Origin: Dehalococcoidia bacterium
Lineage (GTDB): Bacteria > Chloroflexota > Dehalococcoidia > UBA2979
NCBI GenBank assembly: GCA_964291495.2
Contig: OZ219871.1
Coordinates: forward strand, 128,001-192,000
Direction of reading: 5' to 3'
DNA: 64,000 bases
Below are positions 40,488 through 49,780 of this stretch, one piece after another. The position numbers were made by a program, and so were the translations under genes. Position 1 is the first letter of the stretch, and every line of letters begins with the position of its first letter. The notes under the pieces are model-generated. The model ran no database searches, was not told the DNA's origin, and saw only the letters and a program-made list of their open reading frames with translations.

Positions 40488-40733
40488 GAGACCTTTCGAA
40501 ACCCTCTCCTCAAGGCAGCGAGCGCATCCCTTCCGGTCCCCTCTCCCCGAGGGAGAGCCAGTGCTTTGTGGGGGGAGTCCCCCCACGCCCCCCTGGGTGA
40601 GGGGGGGTCCGCCCTCCGGAATTGCGTTGCACCATCGGGGCTCGGAGGCGCGCGGGAGTCCTCCCCTCACCCCCGCCCTCTCCCCAGGGAGAGGGAGCCG
40701 GATCGGGCTTGTGGAAGTTTCGCAACGGTCTCC
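40487..40733. mobile_element. MITE-like element with imperfect terminal inverted repeats
   Basis: Ends GGAGACCTTTCGAAAC / GTTTCGCAACGGTCTCC; GTA flanks both sides; internal palindromes are shared with other intergenic copies. Confidence 0.6.
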
Positions 40734-40755
40734 GTAGGGAGCCGCACGGCGCGGA

Positions 40756-41103
40756 TCAGGCCGGTGCGAGCGAGAGCCGGTAGCCGACCTGGCGGACCGT
40801 CTGCAGGTAGCGCGCAGCCGGGCCGATCTTCGAGCGGATGCGCGAGACGAGGACCGCGAGGCGGGCCCGGTGGTCGTCCTCGGCGGCGCCCCACAGCGCC
40901 TCGGCGATCTGGTCGTAGGCGACCACGCGGCCACCGCCCTCGGCGATGACGTAGAGCGTCTCGAACTCCATGTAGGTGAGTGGGGCGGGATCGTCGGCGA
41001 CGGTGACCCGGAAGCGCTCACGGTCCACGACCAGGTCACCGACCGTGATCCGCGCCTCGGGAGCGCCGTCTGCTGGTGGACTGCCGATGAGATTGCTGGT
41101 CAT
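40756..41103 (-). CDS. Orphan OmpR/PhoB-type winged-helix DNA-binding domain (no receiver domain)
   Basis: GDLVVD...LTYMEFETL...GRVV...LWG...VSRIRSKIG...TVRQVGY. Confidence 0.8.
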   Translation of the reverse strand: MTSNLIGSPPADGAPEARITVGDLVVDRERFRVTVADDPAPLTYMEFETLYVIAEGGGRVVAYDQIAEALWGAAEDDHRARLAVLVSRIRSKIGPAARYLQTVRQVGYRLSLAPA

Positions 41104-41214
41104 CGTCTCGCCTGGGTCCGTTGCCGCCGGGCCCCGGAGGCGCCTCCCGCGAGGGGAGGACGCCTCCAGGGCCGGCGTCAGACCGCTGCGCTCCACGCCA
41201 GGAACAGGAGGTTC

Positions 41215-41553
41215 CTAGAGCGCAGCCTCGTCCGCTTCTCCGGTACGGATCCGCACCGCCCTGGCGACCGGGCTGACGAAGATCTTGCCGTCCCCGACCT
41301 GCCCGGTGCGGGCCGCGTCCACGATGCGCTCGACGATCGCATCCACGTCCTCATCCTTGACGACGAGCTCGATCTTCACCTTCGTCAGGTACTCGACCGC
41401 GAAAGTGCGGCCTCGCCACTGCTCGGTCACGCCGCGCTGGGTGCCGTGGCCGCGCACTTCCGTCAGCGTCATGCCGGCGTGGTCGAGGTCCTCGAGCGCC
41501 GTCTTGACCACGTCCAGCTTCTCGGGGCGAATGATCGCCTCAACTCTCTGCAT
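41215..41553 (-). CDS. glnK: P-II nitrogen regulatory protein
   Basis: EAIIRPEKLD.VK.AL, RGHGTQRG, TGQVGDGKIFV, RIRTGE; follows amtB. Confidence 0.92.
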   Translation of the reverse strand: MQRVEAIIRPEKLDVVKTALEDLDHAGMTLTEVRGHGTQRGVTEQWRGRTFAVEYLTKVKIELVVKDEDVDAIVERIVDAARTGQVGDGKIFVSPVARAVRIRTGEADEAAL

Positions 41554-43039
41554 GAGTCGCCTCCTCGTCTGCCTCGGGCGCGCCGCCCGCGATCGGAGCG
41601 CCGGAGCTGCTGGACAGGGCCGCAGCGCCGAAGTGCGGTCCGAACGGGTCCCTGCCGCCGGTGAACTCGGGGTAGGCCTCCATCGCGTGCTCGGCGACGT
41701 CCAGGCCGCTCTCCTCCTCGGCCTCGGAAACGCGCAGGCCGACGGTGTACTTGATGGCCGTGAACAGGATCACCGAGGTCACCACGGTCCAGACGCCCAC
41801 GGCGAGGACGCCGAGTGCCTGGATCAGGAGCTGCTCGATGCCTCCACCGACCAGCAGCCCGTAGCTGCTCGAATCACCATAGTTCGGCGCGAGATTCGCC
41901 TGCGTGGTGAAGAGACCGACCGCCAGCGTGCCCCAGATGCCGTTGAAGAGGTGCACCGGCACCGCTCCCACCGGGTCGTCGATCTTCAGGTTGTCGAGCA
42001 GCTCGACGCCGAAGACGATCACCGCGCCGGCGACGATGCCGATCACGACCGCAGCCCACGGCTCGACCGTGGCGCAGCCGGCCGTGATGCCGACCAGACC
42101 GCCCAGCACGCCGTTGAGCGTCAGCGAGAGGTCCGACTTGCCGGTGCGGAGCCTCGAGATGACCATCGCCGTCACGGCCCCGGCCCCGGCGGCCAGCGTC
42201 GTCGTCACGGCGACCCGCGCGGCGAGGTCGGCGAAGCCGCCGCTCAGCCCGAGGGTGGAACCGGCATTGAAGCCGTACCAGCCGATCCAGAGGATCATCA
42301 CGCCGAGGAAGCCGAGCGGCATCGAGTGACCGGGCAGCGGATTGACGCTGCCGTCGGCGTTGTACTTGCCGCGGCGCGCTCCGACCATGATCGCGCCCAC
42401 CAGCGCCGCCCAGCCGCCGACCGAGTGGACGACGGTTGAGCCGGCGAAGTCGATCATCCCGTTGTCGCCGAACTGGATGTCCGAGGCGTACGCGCTCAGG
42501 AAGCCGTCACCCCACGCCCAGTGCGTGACCACGGGGTAGATCACGGCCGTGATCACCACCGTGTAGACCAGGTACGCCGCGAACTTGGTGCGCTCGGCGA
42601 CGGCGCCCGACACGATCGTCGCGGCCGTGGCCGCGAAGGCGAACTGGAAGAAGAATCCGGCGTAGTCGGCATCTTCTCCACCGTAGAAGAAGCTGCCGCC
42701 GCCAAAGAACTTGATGTCGATGAACTCGGTGGTGCCGTACGCGAGGCCCCAGCCGACCGCCCAGTAGGCGATCGCGCCGAACGAGAGGTCGAGCGCGTTC
42801 TTCATCAGGATGTTGGTGACGTTCTTCGAGCGGATGAACCCCGACTCGACCAGGCCGAAGCCGGCCTGCATGAACAGCACCAGGATGCCGGCGATCAGCA
42901 GCCACGCGATGTCAATCGCGGACGTCAGATCGTCGATCGCGTCCCCTACCTCCTGGGCATTCGCGAACCCGGTTCCGGCGGCAAACGCCGCTATTGCTCC
43001 GACCGCCGCGGCGACGACCGTTCGATGGCGCATCCTCAT
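41540..43039 (-). CDS. amtB: Ammonium transporter
   Basis: FMQAGF, IVSGAVAER, DFAGSTVVH, GWYGFN, IDDPVGAVPVH. Confidence 0.95.
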   Translation of the reverse strand: MRMRHRTVVAAAVGAIAAFAAGTGFANAQEVGDAIDDLTSAIDIAWLLIAGILVLFMQAGFGLVESGFIRSKNVTNILMKNALDLSFGAIAYWAVGWGLAYGTTEFIDIKFFGGGSFFYGGEDADYAGFFFQFAFAATAATIVSGAVAERTKFAAYLVYTVVITAVIYPVVTHWAWGDGFLSAYASDIQFGDNGMIDFAGSTVVHSVGGWAALVGAIMVGARRGKYNADGSVNPLPGHSMPLGFLGVMILWIGWYGFNAGSTLGLSGGFADLAARVAVTTTLAAGAGAVTAMVISRLRTGKSDLSLTLNGVLGGLVGITAGCATVEPWAAVVIGIVAGAVIVFGVELLDNLKIDDPVGAVPVHLFNGIWGTLAVGLFTTQANLAPNYGDSSSYGLLVGGGIEQLLIQALGVLAVGVWTVVTSVILFTAIKYTVGLRVSEAEEESGLDVAEHAMEAYPEFTGGRDPFGPHFGAAALSSSSGAPIAGGAPEADEEATHAES

Positions 43040-43089
43040 AGACGCCCCCCTTCCCTCCGAGGAAGGTAGGAGGGCGCCGTTTCGTGGCA

Positions 43090-43149
43090 GTGTCACCACT
43101 GTGAAATGTGGATAACGGGATGGTTTCTCGCGGGTTACGGACCGGTTAC
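43090..43149 (-). promoter_or_regulatory. GlnR-box-like direct repeat array (11-bp period)
   Basis: Minus strand: GTAAC-n6-GTAAC-n6-GAAAC-n6-GTTAT-n6-TTCAC-n6-GACAC upstream of amtB. Confidence 0.65.
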
Positions 43150-43184
43150 GCGCCGGAGCCGGCCTCGCCCCGCGTCGGACCTCG

Positions 43185-44399
43185 CTACGCCGGGTGCGCC
43201 GCCTCGAGCATGTGGCCGTGGCGGCCGAGGTACTCGCGCACCGCAAGCAGCGCCGCGATGCCGTCGCCGGTCGCCGATCCGAGCTGCTTGGTCGAGCCGG
43301 CCCGCACGTCGCCGGCGACGTAGACGCCCTCGAGCGAGGTCGCGAAGCCCTCGCTGGCGACGAAGCCCCACTCGTCCAGTTCCACCGCCCCTCGCAGGAA
43401 CTCCGTGTTCGGCGTCAGCCCGATGAAGACGAAGACCCCTGCCGGGCTCCATGAGAGGTCCTCGCCGCTCTCGCTGTCGTGCGCGCGGACCTCCTGCAGG
43501 CGACCGCCCCGCCCGAGGAGCTCGACCACCTCGGTGCTCGTGTGGACCTCGATCGCCGGATGGCCGCGCACCTTGTCCCGCAGCAGCTGCGAGCCCTTGA
43601 GCTCCGGGTTGCGCTCCAGGATGCGCACGCGCTCGGCGAAGTTCGTGAGGAACAGCCCTTCCTCGAGGCCGGAGTTGCCGCCGCCGATCACCAGCAGTTC
43701 CTCCGAGCCGCGGTAGAACGGCCCGTCGCAGGTCGCGCAGAAGTGCACGCCCGCGCCGATCAGCCCGTCCTCGCCGGGAACCTCCAGGCGCCGGTAGGAG
43801 GAGCCCGTGGCGATCAAGGCCGCGTGGGCGCTGATCTCCTGCCCGGAGCTGAGCGTCAGCGAGACGTCGCCCTCCTGTTCGTCGGCGCGCAGTGCGGTGA
43901 CGGACACCGCCTCCAGCATCTCGACGCCGTAGCGCCGGGCCTGCCGCACGAAGCGGTCGGCCAGCTCGCCGCCCTCGATGCCGTCAGGGAAGCCCGGGTA
44001 GTTGTCGACGCGCTCGGTCACGCCGGCCTGCCCGCCGAGCGAGCCGCCGTCGACGATGATCGCGTCGATGCCCTCGCGCGCCGCGTAGATGCCGGCCGCG
44101 AGTCCGGCCGGACCGCCCCCGATGATCGCGAGGTCGTAGAAGGCGCGCTCGGCCTCGATGTTGAGGCCGAGCTTGCGCGCCAGCTCCTCGTTCGAGGGCT
44201 CCAGCAGGGAGCTGCCGTCCGGGAAGATGATCGTCGGGATCGTGCGGCCGCCGTTCTGCAGCTCCTCGACGAAGCGCAAGCCCTCGGCGTCCGTGTCGAT
44301 GTCGATCCAGTCGTACTCGACGCGGTGCTCGCCGAGGAACTTCTTGGAGCGCCGGCAATCCGGGCACCACGGGGCTCCGTAGACCTGTATCTCCGCCAT
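43185..44399 (-). CDS. Glutaredoxin-like domain fused to thioredoxin-disulfide reductase
   Basis: N-terminal WCPDC...TIPTI; then IIGGGPAG, NYPGF, HFCATCDG, IGGGNS, VAGDV. Confidence 0.9.
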   Translation of the reverse strand: MAEIQVYGAPWCPDCRRSKKFLGEHRVEYDWIDIDTDAEGLRFVEELQNGGRTIPTIIFPDGSSLLEPSNEELARKLGLNIEAERAFYDLAIIGGGPAGLAAGIYAAREGIDAIIVDGGSLGGQAGVTERVDNYPGFPDGIEGGELADRFVRQARRYGVEMLEAVSVTALRADEQEGDVSLTLSSGQEISAHAALIATGSSYRRLEVPGEDGLIGAGVHFCATCDGPFYRGSEELLVIGGGNSGLEEGLFLTNFAERVRILERNPELKGSQLLRDKVRGHPAIEVHTSTEVVELLGRGGRLQEVRAHDSESGEDLSWSPAGVFVFIGLTPNTEFLRGAVELDEWGFVASEGFATSLEGVYVAGDVRAGSTKQLGSATGDGIAALLAVREYLGRHGHMLEAAHPA

Positions 44400-44522
44400 G
44401 GCGCTCTCCTTTCGGACATCGTCCGCACCGGCCGCGAAGGCCTCGATAGAATGATCCCAGAAGCGCGGCGCTCGCGCCCCCGCATCGGGGAGCCTGTCGC
44501 AGCAGCGCGTGCGGGAGGTCGC

Positions 44523-45122
44523 ATGGCGCAGCCCCAGCGCAGCGAGGGAACAGCGCGGCTCCTCGCGCTCTGCGGCGCGCTGCTGGCGCTGCTGCTCCTC
44601 GCCTGCACCACCCCGACCGAGGAGCCGGCCGAGGCGACCGCGACGCCGTCGGACGCCGGCTCCGGCGTCACGACCGCCACGCCGCCACGGACCGCCTCCC
44701 CAACCCCCGACGAGCTGACCGCCGAGGAGGCGGTGGCGGCGTGGGGCCGCCAGGTCTGCGCCGCAGCCAGCGCCTTCACCGTCGACTTCCTTCGCAGCGG
44801 CGACTCGCAGGATCCGAGCGAGCTGGGTCTGGAGGCGCGCAAGGAGCGCGCTGCGGCGATGTTCCCCGTGCAGTACGACGCCGTGCGCAGGGCCGCGAAC
44901 ATCCTCGAGGCAATCGATCCGCCGCAGCGCACATCCGAGCTGCACCGCCTGCTGCTGACGACCTACCGCGATCTTGAGGCGGCGCTGCGGGAGCAGGAAG
45001 AGATCATCGCCGAGGCGACCACCGGCGAGGAGATCGCCGACAGCAACCTTCCGGTAGACGAGCTGATCAGCCTCGCCTTCCGCCAGGCCTCGCTGCTCGC
45101 CGACGGCGGCTACTGCGAGTAG
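44523..45122 (+). CDS. Hypothetical lipoprotein
   Basis: Hydrophobic signal ending LLAC, Pro/Thr linker, helical body; GGAGG RBS. Confidence 0.7.
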   Translation: MAQPQRSEGTARLLALCGALLALLLLACTTPTEEPAEATATPSDAGSGVTTATPPRTASPTPDELTAEEAVAAWGRQVCAAASAFTVDFLRSGDSQDPSELGLEARKERAAAMFPVQYDAVRRAANILEAIDPPQRTSELHRLLLTTYRDLEAALREQEEIIAEATTGEEIADSNLPVDELISLAFRQASLLADGGYCE

Positions 45123-45187
45123 CGCGCGCCTGACCGCCAGCACCCGGCCCGCAACGCATTGCATCGGCAGGGCGACGCGTGTACCAT

Positions 45188-45216
45188 ACTTTGCATTACA
45201 AACTAGTTTGCACAGC
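45188..45216. promoter_or_regulatory. Probable operator for the downstream winged-helix regulator
   Basis: ACTTTGCATTACAAACT-AGTTTGCA with a perfect CAAACTAGTTTG palindrome in an AT-rich patch. Confidence 0.5.
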
Positions 45217-45239
45217 AGTAGCGAGGTGGGGGCACCAAC

Positions 45240-45872
45240 ATGGAGCGAACGGGCGACGAGGCACGACTCAGCCCCGAGGACGGCTGGCGCGCGATCCAGA
45301 AGACGGTGGACGAGACGCACAGTGCGATGTACGTCGCCGGCACGGCGACGATCCTGCTGCTCTGGGGCGTGATCGTCTCGCTCGGCTACCTCGCGGAGTA
45401 CGCGCTCGACACCGCAGCCACCGACTTCCGCGACGACAACCCCTGGATCAGCGCGCCGCTCTGGTTCGGCCTCGTGGGGGCGGGGATGGCGGGAAGCGCG
45501 ATCGTCGGGAGCCGTGCGGGAAGGGTGCACGCCGCCGGTGATGCGATGCGCAGCGCCGGCATCCGCGTCTTCCTCTTCTGGCTCGCGGTGGCGCTTGCCG
45601 CGTTCCTCGTCCCGGCGGCAGCAGGCCTGTGGACCGCCGACGAAGACCCGGCGAACATCGTGCGCGCCGCGATCGGCATCGTGGCGCTCGGTCACGTGCT
45701 GTTCGGCATCATGCACCGCCCGCTGATCGCGGCGGTGGGCGTGGGCATCGCCACCGCGTTCTACGTCCCGAGCTACCTCGCGGGCGACGCCGCGCTGGCG
45801 GTGGCGGCAGCGTCCACGCTCCTCGTCGTCGCGGGCGCCTACGCGTGGATCCGCCGCAGCGGGGTGCTGTGA
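45240..45872 (+). CDS. Hypothetical membrane protein
   Basis: About 6 TM segments; stop overlaps the start of the regulator gene. Confidence 0.75.
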   Translation: MERTGDEARLSPEDGWRAIQKTVDETHSAMYVAGTATILLLWGVIVSLGYLAEYALDTAATDFRDDNPWISAPLWFGLVGAGMAGSAIVGSRAGRVHAAGDAMRSAGIRVFLFWLAVALAAFLVPAAAGLWTADEDPANIVRAAIGIVALGHVLFGIMHRPLIAAVGVGIATAFYVPSYLAGDAALAVAAASTLLVVAGAYAWIRRSGVL

Positions 45873-46192
45873 CCAACGAGGCGGTCGAGGACGCGATCGT
45901 CCTCGACGAGACGATCCATCAGTCGACGCGACTGCGGATCATGACCATGCTGGTCTCCGTGCCCGAAGCGGATCGCCTCGTCTACGGGTTCATCCAGCAG
46001 ACGCTCGCCCTCACGGGCGGCAACCTCACCACCCACCTGCGACGACTCGAGGAGGCGGGGTACCTGGAGACCTCGAAGGAGTTCGTCGACGCGAAGCCGC
46101 GCACTTGGGTGCACGCCACGCCCGAGGGCCGCCGCGCGTTCGCCGACTACCTCGCCAACCTGCAGCGCGCCCTCAACTGGCAGCCCGCCTGA
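45869..46192 (+). CDS. Winged-helix transcriptional regulator (ArsR/MarR-like)
   Basis: LDETIHQSTRLRIM, LTGGNLTTHLRRLEEAGY, KPRTW..T..GR.AF..Y. Confidence 0.88.
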   Translation: MTNEAVEDAIVLDETIHQSTRLRIMTMLVSVPEADRLVYGFIQQTLALTGGNLTTHLRRLEEAGYLETSKEFVDAKPRTWVHATPEGRRAFADYLANLQRALNWQPA

Positions 46193-46202
46193 GCGCCCAC
46201 TC

Positions 46203-47078
46203 CTACCCGAGCAGGTCGGCGGGGTTCTCCCGCACCATCCGCCCCACGTCCGAGGCGGGGTAGCCGGCGTCGAGGAAGTGCTCGATCCAGCGGCCGAAGC
46301 CGACGGGCGGCTCGGGGTTCCGGGCTTGGCCGAAGTCGGTCGAGAGGATGACGCGCTCCGGGCCGACGGCGCGGACCTGCGACTCGATCAGCTCCCACTG
46401 CACCTGGCCGTCCTCGTGGCTCGTCGCCGTCGCCACCTGCTCCACGTAGGCCCCGAGGCCTGCCAGCTCCTGTTGCACCTCGAGCTCGATGTAGAAGGAG
46501 CCATGCGTCACGACCGTGCGGATCCCGCGGCGGCGTGACTCGCGCCCGAGGACGGCGGTCTCGGGCGACGAGAGGTGGCCGGTCGCGAGCACCGCGTCGT
46601 ACTCGCCGATCAGGTCGAGGATCGCCATCACCTCGTGACGGAGGTCGCCCATCTCGTCGAGGATGGTGATGCCGGGGCCGGGGCTGTGGCGGCCGCCGGG
46701 GCGCTCGTCGCGCCAGGCCTGCGCGTCGAAGGTGGGCATCCACACCACCGTCGTGCCGATGCGCATCGCAACGCTGACGGCCTCCATGTTGAGCCCGCCG
46801 ACGCAGTGGTCGAGCGCGATGCCGCCGTAGACGCGGATGCTCTCGTTCTGCCGGTCGAGCAGCCAGGCGAGCGGCTGGGTGTTGTACTCGTGGCTCTTGA
46901 GCACGATGCCGCCCATGCCCGCCTCGACGGCGCGTTCGACGAGCGCGGCGGCGTCCATCCGCCGGTCCGCGTACGGATCGGGCGAGGCATGCACGTGCAC
47001 GTCGATCGCGCCTCGCAGCAGCTCGCGCGCGTCGTCGCGTACATCGGCGAGCGTGGCGTCGGGGTTGAACATCGCCAT
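46203..47078 (-). CDS. Amidohydrolase-fold protein (DUF6282-like)
   Basis: GAIDVHVHASPD, VLKSH, WMPT, LATGH, LSTDFGQ. Confidence 0.8.
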   Translation of the reverse strand: MAMFNPDATLADVRDDARELLRGAIDVHVHASPDPYADRRMDAAALVERAVEAGMGGIVLKSHEYNTQPLAWLLDRQNESIRVYGGIALDHCVGGLNMEAVSVAMRIGTTVVWMPTFDAQAWRDERPGGRHSPGPGITILDEMGDLRHEVMAILDLIGEYDAVLATGHLSSPETAVLGRESRRRGIRTVVTHGSFYIELEVQQELAGLGAYVEQVATATSHEDGQVQWELIESQVRAVGPERVILSTDFGQARNPEPPVGFGRWIEHFLDAGYPASDVGRMVRENPADLLG

Positions 47079-47110
47079 GCGGCCGCTCCTTCCCTCCGTG
47101 GAGAGTCCGG

Positions 47111-47596
47111 CTAGTCCGCGAGCAGCTTGGTGTGGTCCCAGGAGGAGACCTTGCCCGGCCGGATGCGCACGGCGATGCGCTTCGGCACGGCGCGGCGGCG
47201 GTCGGGGCTCGCCTGCGCGCCCGCGCGTGCGGTGTCGCCGCCCGGTCCCTCGTTGTAGTACTTCGCTCCGATCAGCCGCATCACGCTGCGCGTCACCTCG
47301 ACATCGTCGAGGAGCTCCGCCTCGCCCTCGATCATCACGCCGCGCAGCTCGTCGTAGACGGTGCCGTCCTCGATCAGCATCGTGACGCGCGGGTCGCGCT
47401 CGAGGTTGCGGACCTTCTGCGAGGAGCGGTAGGTCGTGAAGACGACGCAGCCCTCTTCGTCGACGCAGAACCACATCGGCACCAGGTGCGGGCGGCCGTC
47501 CGGGCCGACGCTCGCGACCTGCAGCGTGTGGGCCGTCTCGAGGAACTCGTGCAGCTCCCCATCGCTCATGCGGATGCGATCGCGCAGGTTCGGCAC
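47111..47596 (-). CDS. PPOX-class (probably F420-dependent) oxidoreductase
   Basis: DGRPHLVPMWF, SQKVRNLERDPRV, SWDH.KL. Confidence 0.85.
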   Translation of the reverse strand: MPNLRDRIRMSDGELHEFLETAHTLQVASVGPDGRPHLVPMWFCVDEEGCVVFTTYRSSQKVRNLERDPRVTMLIEDGTVYDELRGVMIEGEAELLDDVEVTRSVMRLIGAKYYNEGPGGDTARAGAQASPDRRRAVPKRIAVRIRPGKVSSWDHTKLLAD

Positions 47597-47721
47597 CGGC
47601 GCCTCCCTTCGACGTGCGGGAGCCGCATCATAGCGCCTCGCCCGGGCCGGGCTCCGCCATGCGAACTCCGGCGCGCCGCTCCTGCGGTAGGCTTGTGACG
47701 CGAGGTCGGAGGAGGCCGCGC

Positions 47722-48375
47722 ATGGAGTTGCGCCTGTTCCCGCTGCACACAGTGCTCTTCCCGGGCATGCCGCTCCCGCTCAACGTCTTCGAGCCGCGCT
47801 ACCTGCAACTGGTGCAGGAGTGCCTGGAGCAGGAGGAGCCGTTCGGGGTCGCGCTGATCCGCGAAGGCCCCGAGGTCGGCGGCTTCGCGGACCCGTTCAT
47901 GGTCGGTGCGACGGCACGCATCGAGCAGGTCGCACAGGGCGTGCTGAACGCGATCCAGTTGCTCGCCCGCGGCGAGCGCCGCGTGCGCATCCTGGAGCTG
48001 CACCACGACCGCCCCTACCTCTGGGCCGATGTCGAGGAGATCGAGGACCAACCGGGCGAGGCGCCGCAGGAGCTGCTGGAGCGCGGGCAGGAGCTGCTCG
48101 ACGAGTTCGAGCGGCTGCGCTTCAGCTCGCAGGGCGGCTACGTGCGTCCGCGCTCCTCGGAGCCCGTCTCGAAGCCGCCCGGCGTGCTCGCCGACGCGAT
48201 CGGAGCGACCGGGGCGGGCAGCCCCGCGGAGCGGCAGGAGTTGCTGGAGTTGCTCGACCCCGGCGTCCGGCTGGAGCGCGCGGTGGCGATGTTCGCGCCG
48301 CTGATCGAGCAGATGAGCCAGCGCTCGGAGGACAGCGTGCTGCGCCGCTGGAGCGAACCGGGCGCGCTCAACTAA
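47722..48375 (+). CDS. LON peptidase substrate-binding domain protein
   Basis: LFPLHTVLFPGMPLPLNVFEPRY, FGVALI. Confidence 0.9.
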   Translation: MELRLFPLHTVLFPGMPLPLNVFEPRYLQLVQECLEQEEPFGVALIREGPEVGGFADPFMVGATARIEQVAQGVLNAIQLLARGERRVRILELHHDRPYLWADVEEIEDQPGEAPQELLERGQELLDEFERLRFSSQGGYVRPRSSEPVSKPPGVLADAIGATGAGSPAERQELLELLDPGVRLERAVAMFAPLIEQMSQRSEDSVLRRWSEPGALN

Positions 48376-48429
48376 CCCCGCAAGCCACATCCACCTCGCA
48401 GGGCTCGCGCGCCGTGGGCGGGCTGCGCC

Positions 48430-48640
48430 CGCCTCCCCCTCACCCCCACCCTCTCCCGCCAGGGGAGAGGGAGCCGGAGGCGGAGGCGTCGAGGGCGAGT
48501 CCGGTCCCCTCTCCCCGAGGGAGAGGGTCAGGGTGAGGGAGGGTCCGACCTCTGGAGTTTCGTTGCGCCATCGGGGCTTTCGGAGGTGAGCGGGAGTCCT
48601 CCCCTCACCCCCGCCCTCTCCCCAGGGAGAGGGTGCCGGA
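48430..48640. repeat. Palindromic repeat cluster of the same family as 27460 and 40500
   Basis: ccggtcccctctccccgagggagaggg...gagtcctcccctcacccccgccctctccccagggagaggg. Confidence 0.8.
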
Positions 48641-48658
48641 GGCAGGCTTCGAGGGCGA

Positions 48659-49780
48659 TCAGCCGCGGAGATCCTCGACGCTGCCGACGGGGCGGCCGAA
48701 GCGATCGGCGATCACTGTCGTGACCGGCTGCGTCCGCTGCCCGAAGGTCGGCAGCCACGAGGAGTGCTTGCCGGGCCCACCGGCGACGAACAAGTGCAGC
48801 CGCTCCGGCTCGTTGACGATCGGCAGCAGTGCGTCCGGCGGGAACGGCTCAATCCCCGTCTCCGGCTCGATGCGCACGTTGACGGACTCGAGGAACTCGG
48901 GCGAGAGCTTCGCCGCGGGGTAACGGGCGTGCTCGAAGACGTACTGCTGGACGCCCTCGCGGGTCCAGCCCTCGTCGGCGATCGTCGCGGCGTGCTCGGG
49001 GCCGAGCGCTAGCAGCGGCTCGCCGCGGCTGAGGATATTGTTGCTTCCCGCCTGCCCGAGGGCGCCGGCGACGGTCTGGAGGACGCCGAGCGCGGTGTTG
49101 CTGCCGTGCTCCTGGATGTTGTGCGGGCCCTCGCTGGCCGCGACGGTGACCGCGCTGTCTTCCGGCTCGAAGCCGCGCGTGGTGTGGAACGGCGGCCAGG
49201 GGCTGGCCTCCTCGTTCTCGGCGAGGCAGAGCGCGAACTTTGCCGGCGTGCCCTGCGTGGCGCGGTCGCCGTGGCCGGGCGAGGCGCCGGCGATGTTGAG
49301 CAGCAGCAGCCGGATCGCGCGCCCGATCGTCGCGTTCGCGCGGAAGCCCGGGCCGTAGCAGCCCGGCCCGCCGTGCACCCCCAGCTCACGGCCGATCGGC
49401 CCGTTCACGAGCACCAGCACCGCGCAGGGGTGCGTGGTCGCGTTGATGCCGCTGAGGTTGAACTGCGGCTGCGCGATGCCCTGCACCGCCGCGAGCAGCA
49501 CGGGCAGCGCGCGCGGCTCGCAGCCCGCGAGGACGGCGTTGATCGCGACCGCCTCGACGGTCGCCACGCCACGCCGCGGCGGCAGCACGCCCAGCACTTC
49601 GCGCCGGTCGCGGTCGGTGTAGGCGAGCATCGCCTCGACGCGCTCCTCGGTGGGCGGGATGACGGGCAGGCCGTCCGACCAGCCGCGTTCGGCGAACGCG
49701 TCGTGCAGCTCGCCGGGATCGGCGGGCAGATCGACCAGCGCCGCGGCGTCGCCGAAGCGGGCGGAGCCGCCCGACGTCAT
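48659..49780 (-). CDS. Conserved hypothetical protein coupled to the UGSC protein
   Basis: GWSDGLPVIPPTEERV, AINAVLAGC, NATTH, RANATIGRA, ENEEASPW; ATGA overlap with the UGSC gene. Confidence 0.85.
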   Translation of the reverse strand: MTSGGSARFGDAAALVDLPADPGELHDAFAERGWSDGLPVIPPTEERVEAMLAYTDRDRREVLGVLPPRRGVATVEAVAINAVLAGCEPRALPVLLAAVQGIAQPQFNLSGINATTHPCAVLVLVNGPIGRELGVHGGPGCYGPGFRANATIGRAIRLLLLNIAGASPGHGDRATQGTPAKFALCLAENEEASPWPPFHTTRGFEPEDSAVTVAASEGPHNIQEHGSNTALGVLQTVAGALGQAGSNNILSRGEPLLALGPEHAATIADEGWTREGVQQYVFEHARYPAAKLSPEFLESVNVRIEPETGIEPFPPDALLPIVNEPERLHLFVAGGPGKHSSWLPTFGQRTQPVTTVIADRFGRPVGSVEDLRG

